Shown here: positions 20,301 through 29,028 of the stretch, one piece after another | Numbering within the stretch: position 1 is the stretch's first letter | How the letters are laid out: each line of letters opens with the position of its first letter | Source: Candidatus Babeliales bacterium | GTDB lineage: Bacteria > Babelota > Babeliae > Babelales > JANWKD01 | Assembly (NCBI GenBank): GCA_963722075.1 | Contig: CAVRJM010000001.1 | Location: forward strand, 576,001 to 640,000 | Direction: 5' to 3' | DNA length: 64,000 bases | Made by a program: the position numbers and the translations under genes | Notes under the pieces: model-generated | What the model saw: the letters and a program-made list of their open reading frames with translations, nothing else | Database searches by the model: none | Told to the model about the DNA's origin: nothing

Positions 20301-21048
20301 CTTCGTAAGCACCGCACAAAGAGGCCCTGATCAAGCAAATCAATTTTTACCGTTAATTCAGCAGTTGATTGAAGAAGATCAACAAGAAAAAAGACTGCAA
20401 TTTAATCAAGAAATAATGACGCACATGAGTTGCAAATCACCAACTTCAGAAGTGTACAAGGCTGCTCAAAAAGTTGATGTTTGCTTTAAAATCCTCGATG
20501 CCCTTTTAACGCTTATGTACCATGATCTTATGAGCGAAGATCAACGTTCAGATCATCCTGAGCTTTTTGCAATAACAAGTGATGATGATAAGCACTACCT
20601 GAAAAATGGTACTGCACTAACACGTTATCTCCAAAATTATTCTTCAAAAATTAATCAGGAACACAAACAAGGTGATTATTTACCCTGTTATATTCGCTAT
20701 ACAACCGATAAACTGATGCATGCAGTTCAAGAAATTAATAATGCGAGGTATCGACCTCAATTTAAGGCAGTAACGCAAGTTATTGATAATATTAATCTTC
20801 TTGTTCGTAACTATAGAGATATTAGGCCAAGAGAAATAGCACCAAAACCGACTTCTGAAGAATCTAAATTATTGGCAATTATTTTGAGACAAAATGAGGA
20901 AAAAGATAAAAAAATTGACGAACTTATGGAACATAACAGAGAACTCGCAGCAGAGACAAAAGCACTCAGAGAAGAAGTTGCGGGTGTGAAAGAACAATTG
21001 CAACAAATGATGGCGGCCTTGTTACTAGAAATGAAAAAGGGCGTATGA
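17380..21048 (+). CDS. Large secreted hypothetical protein with Gly/Ala-rich hydrophobic helices and coiled coils
   Basis: 1222-aa ORF, signal peptide, hydrophobic block at aa ~340-410, C-terminal coiled coil. Confidence 0.7.
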   Translation: MKHRSKLLLFIFLSFYFPLFTMQNKPDKDLYLSQLQTQVKPAFGLDRLYEPGFISPKKELKDKKKQEDPSQLDLLESNPFQSLGYQNKAVGETLELFENFSDGVSSHNESSFDAFISGLAQVSANIVITGAIGYYASAALGACSEAKYLKEKFDELDSNNVSSPAANVLSVMQTGCTVQENFDNIGIILQAAEKLDQQKRKVIKSHEKKLMQFATLIREGIKNSSYDLHQSYYGGLTYPVYTQHQREKISNIPEFDLEKSHQEYWAQHERGLRRFQEEKKAAKQKPQKTTANKSSNSNSIAATDTTQAREERAKIFVEQQKKLDTLLKEFKSEMEYQEAMSTIAGGFNGVAAIASIFGNKKEAYAIATFATAGIQAVDSMRTIAQAGLTGAGIHPYVGILMSVASMVSLFQEDDAQDGTQAILDAIAHGIMHLSQQIHQFQEEVREQFAEVHKKLDKHHLIVLEKFFALHQDQENILQHLKDLHTYIADNHRAIQSGIDALHARVDTNFRMTLDNLNGFRIENIDKLRERSLLILKRTDVSPEEFSRCLDELYIEGTSGASADALTGGSVDIHSPAAIQTVLERSSSLHNIFEHPAFANINLLSRFLYHEKLVNPLIWIKCVDTIMQMLDQKLKPDEEYPPTENMKDLDIKKLLLLKKHGKKVRAFIKRVGQKKYLEHMAQTYEQGLQELSEAVQHVQTNFEEKETQLLRREHTAFFEAERSKTQRIASSYECKKCVEHVTYFTQPTNRYKILYQRSDPFWLYYREQKDPPHSRRAPPLLPECNEVHMLSTGEKKPTDVLNPTEKLKQICQEHTHFMEAQKDLLLRSIALDLTHNACNAIGNGRSQWLYPENDATTIPILLLPKQNLPLNSIYITAENKGKGTITHEYTTTGNVFHLQSYFTIKHNNQKVKILDMFKPYTSEQEYSSIENILHYWYGGRFAKAPDLFKIQRNNMTSWHFFPFPPITPYPAERDTFVSTAQRGPDQANQFLPLIQQLIEEDQQEKRLQFNQEIMTHMSCKSPTSEVYKAAQKVDVCFKILDALLTLMYHDLMSEDQRSDHPELFAITSDDDKHYLKNGTALTRYLQNYSSKINQEHKQGDYLPCYIRYTTDKLMHAVQEINNARYRPQFKAVTQVIDNINLLVRNYRDIRPREIAPKPTSEESKLLAIILRQNEEKDKKIDELMEHNRELAAETKALREEVAGVKEQLQQMMAALLLEMKKGV

Positions 21049-21282
21049 TACAGTTAAAAACCATTAATCCTTTTTACGACCTTTATGTCCCTTAGTTCTT
21101 AACTGTTTTAAAGCGAAGAAAACAAAAGGCAGAAGTGAAAGTAAATATTCCCAGCACAAGAAAACCAACATGATAAAGCAACCTGTTTCAAATACTAGCG
21201 CTTTGCATGCAACGAAAAAGAACAATAAATAAAAATGCTTACTTTTTTTGGGCAACCATAAGTATGCACTCTGATTTATTTT

Positions 21283-22092
21283 CTATTCCGCTCCCTTTTG
21301 AATTACATAACAATACTGCAAATCAGCAAACTTCAATAATGGCTTAATAACCACGTTATAATGCAATCCCTGAAGCTCAAATGATTTAATGGTGCCAATG
21401 CCAAATCCTTGTGGAAACACTAACCCTTCTCCACTAGAAATTACTAAATCATCATTTTTTAGCGTATGAAGATGACTCACATATTGTAACATCGATTGCT
21501 TTTTTTTATTAACACCTTCATGAATACCATGTGCTTGCGATGATAAGCAGTATGCAGCCATTTTACATTCAGGATCAGTAATAAGTTTTACTTTACTATA
21601 ATAAGGATACACATGCGTTACTCTTCCTACTAAACAATTCTTGTACACCGCAATCATATCAACCGTTACTCCGTGAGCACTACCGCAATCAATGAGATAC
21701 GAATGTTCATAAGCAGAAAAATGCTTCATAATGATTTGTGAAATTCGTGCATATTGCACATTATATTTTGATTTAAAATTAATAACTTCTTGCGTGTGAT
21801 TATAATAATGTAACGTTGCTTGTAACCCTATATTTTCTGATCTTAACTGCTCATTTTCTTCTTTTAATACGGTTGATTGTTTCTGTATTAAATCCATTTC
21901 TTTTTTCTTTTTAACATATGAAACAATCGGTTGGCATACTACCTGTTGCAGCTTTATAAAAGGATATAGTATGAGTGATACACCCTGTTGCAGGTAATTA
22001 GTTGGAACATACAACAACCTATAAGAAACAGCGGCAATACTACTCAAGAGAATTAGATAATACAAAAAAGAACGTACTCGCACGGCAAACAT
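21283..22092 (-). CDS. mreC: Rod shape-determining protein MreC
   Basis: TM helix, coiled coil LKEENEQLR, LVGRV...SKVKLITD, VISSGEGLVFPQG. Confidence 0.9.
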   Translation of the reverse strand: MFAVRVRSFLYYLILLSSIAAVSYRLLYVPTNYLQQGVSLILYPFIKLQQVVCQPIVSYVKKKKEMDLIQKQSTVLKEENEQLRSENIGLQATLHYYNHTQEVINFKSKYNVQYARISQIIMKHFSAYEHSYLIDCGSAHGVTVDMIAVYKNCLVGRVTHVYPYYSKVKLITDPECKMAAYCLSSQAHGIHEGVNKKKQSMLQYVSHLHTLKNDDLVISSGEGLVFPQGFGIGTIKSFELQGLHYNVVIKPLLKFADLQYCYVIQKGAE

Positions 22093-22217
22093 AATAATCT
22101 TTCATCATATTTGTTTACGACATAATGCATCATATAATTTTTTATTGAATAGTTAAAAATCATTATGATACGCTGCAAGTATACTCATAAAATTATATTA
22201 ATAAAGGGAGCATTCTA

Positions 22218-22622
22218 ATGGAAGGTCATTTAAGCAAAGAGCATATACAGGCATGTGATAACTGCATAGATGCTTGTCAACGATGCATCGATACTACTCA
22301 ACAAGTAATTGATATGTGTTCAGCAAATGATAATATCGATTGTGCTGAGCATGTTGGCATCTGTATTAAAGATTGCGCCGCCTGTATCGAAGCATGCAAA
22401 GTATGCATACAATTTTGTAGAAAACATCGTGAAGAATGCAAAAATGTTGAATGTATAAAAAAAATGGATTGGTGCGTTAAGCGGTGTCAGGAATGTATCA
22501 ATGCATGCGAAGAATGTATGGAAGAATGTAAAGCCGGAAAAAAAGAATGCGTTGATAAATGCCTAAAATGCATTGAAGCATGCTCAGATTGTTCGCAAGC
22601 ATGTCAACAAATGAAAAGCTAA
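22218..22622 (+). CDS. Cys-rich four-helix-bundle protein (Csp3/DUF326-like copper storage)
   Basis: 26 Cys in 134 aa in CxxC/CxxxC spacing; no signal peptide. Confidence 0.75.
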   Translation: MEGHLSKEHIQACDNCIDACQRCIDTTQQVIDMCSANDNIDCAEHVGICIKDCAACIEACKVCIQFCRKHREECKNVECIKKMDWCVKRCQECINACEECMEECKAGKKECVDKCLKCIEACSDCSQACQQMKS

Positions 22623-23459
22623 TTAAAAGTGATATGACATTTTAAATGCCGGTTCTCCTTGGTTATTTTGTACACAATCAAAGGAATAGCGCCGAGCTTC
22701 TAATTTTTTTTCAATTACCGTATTAGCAGCAAAGGCAAAAATTAATCCTAAGCAACCGCCAGCCACTAATTGGGAAAGATAATGGCGATTACAATTTATA
22801 AAATCAACCAGAACAAAGGTACCAACCAATCCTAATGGGATCGCCCATACAGGCCCATGCCGCATACCAAATAATGCGGTCATGAAGACTACATTTGCCA
22901 TGTGCCCAGAGGGAAAACCACCCGGGGACCGCTCTTTTTTACTAAATCGCTCATTCCAAGGACGCAAACATGCTTTAAAGCGCAATTGTTTAATAATATC
23001 CTTACCCGATTGTACAAATGGAAGTCCTATCAAAAAAAGCCGCGCCGTTGTACGCAAATCTTCATTCCACCCGAGTACGGTCAAACTTGAAAGCAGTATA
23101 ATTGGCACCGCAACACCACATTTTGCCATTTCATAGCAACAATTAGGTAATTGATTAACATTTTTATGTTCGCGTGCATCATAAAAATTTAGTTGAAGAT
23201 CTTCATCAATCATACGCGCACCCAAATAAAACGGGGTAAAACCGGTCATTATTTTTACCGTGTTCATTGAAAAGACATGCACGTTCAACATTAATGCATC
23301 AATAATAACTTCACCAATAAAGCGCGCGGCACTATGAAAAAAAAAGTTTTTTTTTGGACATTTAGGAAAGTAAATATTTCTTTCATGCGCTTGAACAGTA
23401 AAAGCAGATAAGTAGAGAAAAAAAAGTAATGCAAAAAAAGGTAGCTTTAAATAACGCAT
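22623..23459 (-). CDS. PAP2-family phosphatase
   Basis: K...RP, FPSGH, RHYLSQ motifs. Confidence 0.8.
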   Translation of the reverse strand: MRYLKLPFFALLFFLYLSAFTVQAHERNIYFPKCPKKNFFFHSAARFIGEVIIDALMLNVHVFSMNTVKIMTGFTPFYLGARMIDEDLQLNFYDAREHKNVNQLPNCCYEMAKCGVAVPIILLSSLTVLGWNEDLRTTARLFLIGLPFVQSGKDIIKQLRFKACLRPWNERFSKKERSPGGFPSGHMANVVFMTALFGMRHGPVWAIPLGLVGTFVLVDFINCNRHYLSQLVAGGCLGLIFAFAANTVIEKKLEARRYSFDCVQNNQGEPAFKMSYHF

Positions 23460-23532
23460 ATTAATTTGATTACAAGGAAATTGGTACTACGTACTTAATG
23501 AGCTTAAAAAATTTTGTATTGATATAACAATA

Positions 23533-23560
23533 AAAAAAGCCCGGAAAGCCTCCGAGCTTT
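23533..23560 (-). terminator. Rho-independent terminator
   Basis: AAAAAAAGCCCGGA-AAGCC-TCCGAGCTTT; T-run on the minus strand, after 23588..23968. Confidence 0.6.
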
Positions 23561-23587
23561 AAAGTAACATTAAAAAATATTATATTT

Positions 23588-23968
23588 TTACCAATTCATT
23601 TTTCTTTTCAATTTATACACTAGATCATTAACACGCGGTTTATAATAGCTATACATCCAACAGCTCCCCAATAAAATCGCGGGAAATTTAACAAAACCTG
23701 GCGTACTATCATAGGCATATTTCATGCCTTCAAATGCTTTAGCAGGAAATTGTCGATCTTTTACTACGCACTGAATCGTACCTCCAGCTAATAATACTAC
23801 GGTCGGCAACCATCCTTTAAAAAAATAATCATTGCTAAAGCCTCTAATACTCTTCCAGGTACTTATCGTTTTAAGTGGCTCAGTATCTTTACCAGTTTTC
23901 ATGGCAGCGCTATTTACAACAGCGCCAAAGAGCATACTGCTCAATAATACCGTAATAATACGTTTCAT
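23588..23968 (-). CDS. Hypothetical exported/membrane protein
   Basis: Signal peptide plus two hydrophobic segments; GGAG RBS. Confidence 0.65.
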   Translation of the reverse strand: MKRIITVLLSSMLFGAVVNSAAMKTGKDTEPLKTISTWKSIRGFSNDYFFKGWLPTVVLLAGGTIQCVVKDRQFPAKAFEGMKYAYDSTPGFVKFPAILLGSCWMYSYYKPRVNDLVYKLKRKMNW

Positions 23969-23970
23969 TG

Positions 23971-24744
23971 TTAATCTTCTCCTTCTTTACTAGTTACTTT
24001 ATTAAAATCACAACTTTTCGAGCGACGAGGCGATTGCAATGCCTTACTGCCAGGCGGCGATAATTGTTTTTGACTTACCGGGGATGTACTCATATTCACA
24101 AAAGTATCATCAGTTAAATCATCAGAAGAGCTTCTTTTTACCTTTTTACGTAAACATTCTTCTACAATTTCTTTAATCATTCCTGCTAATGTCTCATTTT
24201 TTGGTATAAATCTAATTAACCTTCCGGTATAAGATTCTCCTTCTTTTTCTTTTTCCTTATCTTTTCTATAGGTCGTCATGATTTGACGTTCAATTTGATG
24301 ACCAAATACAAAATACCAAATAGTTGTTAAGTCTTTTTCGCAATCATCAACTTTAATACCAATCTGCTTTACTTCTTGTACTAAATTTTTTATTTCAAGG
24401 AGTAAAGCATTATTTTGTTTCTGAAAATCCTCATGCTCTTCTTTCCATGAATTAAATAATTTCGAAATATCATCCATAAGAGGTTTAGATAATGAACGTA
24501 TAAACTCAGTGGGATTTTCAACTGGCTTTAACTTCTTAACATCACATTGTAATTGTTCTATTTGTTTATCTTTTTTATAACTTTTATACCAATCCCACAA
24601 TAAATATCCGCCAACACACGTCGCCGCACCACAATATTTAACCCATAATGGCGTAGTTTCCCAATGCTCTTTGAAAACCTGCATTGAATGAGTATGGAAG
24701 AATATAAAAGAAGAAATAAGCAGTATTATTTTTTGATATCCCAT
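23971..24744 (-). CDS. Hypothetical exported protein (TM helix, coiled coil, Ser/Pro-rich tail)
   Basis: 257-aa ORF with AGGAG RBS. Confidence 0.7.
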   Translation of the reverse strand: MGYQKIILLISSFIFFHTHSMQVFKEHWETTPLWVKYCGAATCVGGYLLWDWYKSYKKDKQIEQLQCDVKKLKPVENPTEFIRSLSKPLMDDISKLFNSWKEEHEDFQKQNNALLLEIKNLVQEVKQIGIKVDDCEKDLTTIWYFVFGHQIERQIMTTYRKDKEKEKEGESYTGRLIRFIPKNETLAGMIKEIVEECLRKKVKRSSSDDLTDDTFVNMSTSPVSQKQLSPPGSKALQSPRRSKSCDFNKVTSKEGED

Positions 24745-24796
24745 AAACGTCTCCTAATTTATATTAGTATACAAAAAATAAATTTTAAAAAGTCAA

Positions 24797-26002
24797 TTAT
24801 TTATGTTTCCCAAACTTGAATATAAAATACGTTGGCACATAGCCCACTGCCAAACCATCTCTATTAAGCGATTGTAACGGCAAACGATGCTGATAAAAAT
24901 AAATAAAATCATCCCACGTTGTAATACCCTTAAATCTTTTTTCTAATGAAATGGCATGCACATTACCATAGCCACGACTGTATCCTTGTGCTTCAATAAG
25001 CTCATTATGTTCAATACTGCCCACTATAGACACATATCCGGGAGCCCATATAATATCGCCTTCCTCTAACAATTCTTCCCGTAATAATGGTACAAATGTA
25101 TGCAATACACTCGTACTATTTATGCAAAAATAAGGAATCCCAACAATCTGAGCGGCCCGCAATAGCAGCCCTGAACAATCAAAACCAGCATACGGACGTT
25201 TAACGATAGTAGGATCATTCCAATAGGCTATTTTATTATTATGACTCATTCCTTCTTCTAAAATGACCGTATCAGAATCTGACGTGTACGTGAAACTGCT
25301 ACCGCCCCACACATATGGAATAGATTGTTCTAAAGAGCACCAGTAGTATAACAACTCAACAAATGCTTTTTTTCGTTCATGGGGCAACGTGCAACTAGTT
25401 GGAAAAGCCGCCTTATAAGGAACTGTAGCATAGACCGTTTTATTATTTTCATAATCATACAATATCACCGTATAGTTGATATCCTTTGACAATGATGGAA
25501 CCGTTATCAAGCGCGTTCCTGCTGAATATGTCTTATGGGTAATTGGATCATACCACGGTACTATAAGGGTAATCACTTCTTCATGGATAGGTTGATTATT
25601 TTCACAAAATGGTTCGGGAAATATGGTAAGATCAATACTTTCTTTTTGTAATTCAGTTATAGAGATTACCCAATCTGCCCGCGTCCACGCTTTAACCGCT
25701 GTTGGTGCTTGCCGTGGCATCTGTACGGAATAGCAATTGGTTAACGCTATGTATACTTGCTCGCCTTTATAATCAAGAATTTTTACTTTTTCATTAAAAA
25801 TCGCTTGATGAATGCGCGTACACGAATCTTTATGACGTTCAGGAGATAATGAAATACGGTTATACAGATCTGAAATTGAACTAGTTTTGGATTCAAAAGG
25901 CTCGGCAATTAAATCAGCAACGGGAACACAAATATAGCCATACTCAGCATATGCCGATAAAAACCAAAAAAATAATATAAAAAATAAATGATACTTATTC
26001 AT
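24797..26002 (-). CDS. NlpC/P60 family cell-wall peptidase-like protein
   Basis: PYVWGG...GFDCSGL...GDII; signal peptide; SH3-like N-region. Confidence 0.8.
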   Translation of the reverse strand: MNKYHLFFILFFWFLSAYAEYGYICVPVADLIAEPFESKTSSISDLYNRISLSPERHKDSCTRIHQAIFNEKVKILDYKGEQVYIALTNCYSVQMPRQAPTAVKAWTRADWVISITELQKESIDLTIFPEPFCENNQPIHEEVITLIVPWYDPITHKTYSAGTRLITVPSLSKDINYTVILYDYENNKTVYATVPYKAAFPTSCTLPHERKKAFVELLYYWCSLEQSIPYVWGGSSFTYTSDSDTVILEEGMSHNNKIAYWNDPTIVKRPYAGFDCSGLLLRAAQIVGIPYFCINSTSVLHTFVPLLREELLEEGDIIWAPGYVSIVGSIEHNELIEAQGYSRGYGNVHAISLEKRFKGITTWDDFIYFYQHRLPLQSLNRDGLAVGYVPTYFIFKFGKHK

Positions 26003-26117
26003 CAAATAATCCCTTTTTTTTGAATTAAATTTTTTAGCTGTAATAAAAATCTTGCATTTTATTTGTATCTTTATTTTACACTATACCTAAATGGTTAAAG
26101 AATAAAAGGGGATAACA

Positions 26118-26576
26118 ATGATGATTAAGCCACTCTACTTAATGCTGACAATTGGCCTTCTTATTACTACTGCCAAAAAAAAAGAAGAAGAATCTAAATC
26201 ACTGGTTTCTACGCCAATCAAAAAAAAATCCTTATCACATTGTCAAAATAAACAGGGATGCGATTTAAAAAAATGCATTCTTGAATTAGCACCAGAAGAA
26301 AGCAAAAAAGTTTTGATAGAATTATCAGCTGACCAGCGAACAATTTTTTTTGAACAGTTATCGGTAAAGGAATATATTATGCTTCTTGATAATTACAATG
26401 AATATGAATGGAAGCGGTTATTCCAAGGATTATCGAATCAAGAAAAAAAACAATGGCCAGCATCAGTTCATGAACAGCGTGTTGCCATTGCAAAAATTAA
26501 AAAAGATGCACAACAAGAAAGTACAAAAGAAAACAAAATTAAACAATTTATGAAACAAACTTTTAAACCAACATAG
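26118..26576 (+). CDS. Hypothetical exported protein, paralog 1 of 3
   Basis: Shared motif EY..L....E.EW..L...LS..EK..WP.(S/T)V.EQ. Confidence 0.75.
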   Translation: MMIKPLYLMLTIGLLITTAKKKEEESKSLVSTPIKKKSLSHCQNKQGCDLKKCILELAPEESKKVLIELSADQRTIFFEQLSVKEYIMLLDNYNEYEWKRLFQGLSNQEKKQWPASVHEQRVAIAKIKKDAQQESTKENKIKQFMKQTFKPT

Positions 26577-26583
26577 AGCAGTT

Positions 26584-27189
26584 ATGATCAAAAAGTTAGC
26601 TTTATTTTTTATAATGTTGATTATATCGACAGCTTTTTCATCAGAATTAAATAACACCACCAATAATAATTATTACACCGTAATAAATGACAACTCTCAA
26701 CAATTTTTTAAAAAGAAAAAAAATAACAAACCATGTTTGTGTGAGGATGAAAATGGGAAAAAACTTGTCTCCTGCATCTTTGCGCTCAATCATCAAGAAA
26801 TGCATACTTTTTTTATGCTGCTACCCATCCATAAAAAAAGAGAATTTTTAAAAAATTTATCATTAGCTGAATATGAATATTTTATAACATCATACACCGA
26901 GCAAGAATGGCATCAACTCTATGAATCATTGGCAGAATATGAAAAACAACTATGGCCATCTACCGTTAAAGAGCAAACTGAATCACTAAATAATATTAAA
27001 GAATATGCTAATACGGCCGGGAAAGCTTTAGGATATACGTCTGATGCGATGACTCTGATAAATCCATTTCTAGTGGGAATTGCTGTTTTTAATAATGTGC
27101 ATTCGTATGTTACCGATGAGCGTCATGAAGTAAAAAGTATTAAAAACAGTGAGTTTAACAATTATATGGAAATTACCTTTGAATTATAA
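26584..27189 (+). CDS. Hypothetical exported protein, paralog 2 of 3
   Basis: EQEWHQLYESLAEYEKQLWPSTVKEQ. Confidence 0.75.
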   Translation: MIKKLALFFIMLIISTAFSSELNNTTNNNYYTVINDNSQQFFKKKKNNKPCLCEDENGKKLVSCIFALNHQEMHTFFMLLPIHKKREFLKNLSLAEYEYFITSYTEQEWHQLYESLAEYEKQLWPSTVKEQTESLNNIKEYANTAGKALGYTSDAMTLINPFLVGIAVFNNVHSYVTDERHEVKSIKNSEFNNYMEITFEL

Positions 27190-27199
27190 AAGGAGAAAT

Positions 27200-27724
27200 A
27201 TGAAAAAAATTATTATAATTACTTGTATGTTAGTTTTCCATCTTTCAGCACATGATCCTTCTGCATCATGTGATAATAAGAAGGGCGATCAGTTTGTTGA
27301 AAGTTTTTTTTCATTACCGCTGCCTGCCCAAAAAAAATATTTTGCCCTCATTACGCTTCTTCGTAAGAAGGAACTTTTAAAACACATGACTTTTGAACAA
27401 TATGAAAAATTTCTCAATTCGATAAGTGAGAATGATTGGCAACAATTACTACAATCCGTATCTGCAGATGAAAAACGTACCTGGCCACAAACGATTGAAG
27501 AACAAAAAAATGCGATTCAAGAAATCAAGGAACATGCGGACAATGTAAAAGATGTAGTTCTCGTGGGCTATGTTGTTGGCTACGCAATCTTTCCACCAAG
27601 CCTTTTATTATATGGTGCACAAGCTGCCTACCAATACGTAACAGAATCGGATCCGGTGAAAGATTTTGCAATAAATAAAAAGTACTGCCAATATTTAAGA
27701 GAAAAGTTCAATGTGGTTAAATAA
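27200..27724 (+). CDS. Hypothetical exported protein, paralog 3 of 3
   Basis: ENDWQQLLQSVSADEKRTWPQTIEEQ; AGGAG RBS before ATG 27200. Confidence 0.75.
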   Translation: MKKIIIITCMLVFHLSAHDPSASCDNKKGDQFVESFFSLPLPAQKKYFALITLLRKKELLKHMTFEQYEKFLNSISENDWQQLLQSVSADEKRTWPQTIEEQKNAIQEIKEHADNVKDVVLVGYVVGYAIFPPSLLLYGAQAAYQYVTESDPVKDFAINKKYCQYLREKFNVVK

Positions 27725-28574
27725 GAATATTTTATTTTGTATATGCCTATTTATAATTGGGGATACTTTTAATAAGGACTATAGCCATCTTACCTTACCA
27801 ACTCCCAACGAATATAAGCAGTTATCTGGTGACAGTCCTATCTTCATATTTAATAATACCAATACACAAAAAGTACGTATTGTTGAATCAACAGAAGAAT
27901 TACAAACCAATGTTACCCCGCCACCACTTATTATTCACGCCAAATCCGTACCTTCTATTACCCCTGACATGCAAGAAGTTCAACCGTCATCTAATCCTCA
28001 GCAAAATAAAATGGCAGCTCCTCAAGCTACCCACTCATTTCACTCCCAAGAATCAACCGTTCTTAACTGGTCATCAGTAATACCAGGTAACCTTTTCAAT
28101 TTAAAAAGTGGCGCATTAGTTGTGGGAACCATCACGGCAGCTTTTTATGGATATATATACTTCCGGCTTTATCGCCTCAGTTCTCTTGTACAAAATAATG
28201 AAGGATGGGGGTCATTTAAGCAAGAAGTTCCACCTCATCATCTACGCGCTATTCCGATTCATGATCTTGCTGAAGGACTTATTGAAGAAATTCAAAGAAA
28301 ATATGCTATGCACCGTACCAATGTAGTTCCTTCTTTGCTTGCTTTCAATAATGATATAGAAAAAGAATTACACGATTTAGAATATTATCTTTCATGGTGC
28401 CAGTGGCTCAGTAAATACAATATTATATACATATTTCCTAATCAAAAAAATCTTATGATACAAGCAGAATGTAAAGTACAACGCTTGCGTATTTTTAAAG
28501 AAGCAATCACTTATTGGATCGAAATACATGCAGCGAATTTAGTAAAGTATGACAAGGAAATACCCGCCAATTAA
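27711..28574 (+). CDS. Hypothetical membrane protein
   Basis: 287-aa ORF with signal-like N-terminus and central TM helix. Confidence 0.65.
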   Translation: MWLNKNILFCICLFIIGDTFNKDYSHLTLPTPNEYKQLSGDSPIFIFNNTNTQKVRIVESTEELQTNVTPPPLIIHAKSVPSITPDMQEVQPSSNPQQNKMAAPQATHSFHSQESTVLNWSSVIPGNLFNLKSGALVVGTITAAFYGYIYFRLYRLSSLVQNNEGWGSFKQEVPPHHLRAIPIHDLAEGLIEEIQRKYAMHRTNVVPSLLAFNNDIEKELHDLEYYLSWCQWLSKYNIIYIFPNQKNLMIQAECKVQRLRIFKEAITYWIEIHAANLVKYDKEIPAN

Positions 28575-29028
28575 ATGGACTTGATTAAGCTCGTAGTTAT
28601 TTATTTTTTAATCGTGCTGATTCAACCGCTCAAATCACAGCACCCCAGTTTCATTATTTGACCAAGCAGTAGCACAAACTTATTTTCAATATCCACACCT
28701 ACTTATTAATCAGCATATAGGAAAAGAACAACAATCCTTATTCAATGGTATACAAATAAAAAAAGAACAAGCTTATAAATGGGCCGATTGGTTTTCATTC
28801 ATATTCTTTGGTATGAACTTTTGTAAATCATATTATGATATTTATTACTGTTCATTCACCAAAACAAAGCTTTATTCAATATCTGCTTCATTCCTATACA
28901 CCCTCTTTTATTACTAATTCATCAAACCATGTACGATTTTTTTTACTAAGTTGCGAGCAGCTGTTACAAGCTTATTTATTAAAAATAACGTTAAAAATGA
29001 TTATTTTCTGTTTTTTATAATAAGTATC

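Noticed and set aside
1..21048. Integron cassette array (many short GNAT/HIT/Nudix genes plus a TA pair)
   Set aside because: Genes are in mixed orientations, no repeated attC-like (RYYYAAC...GTTRRRY) sites were found between them, and there is no integrase.
21064..21255. Small hydrophobic ORF after mreC as mreD
   Set aside because: Only 63 aa with a TTG start and no MreD-like pattern; cannot be supported.
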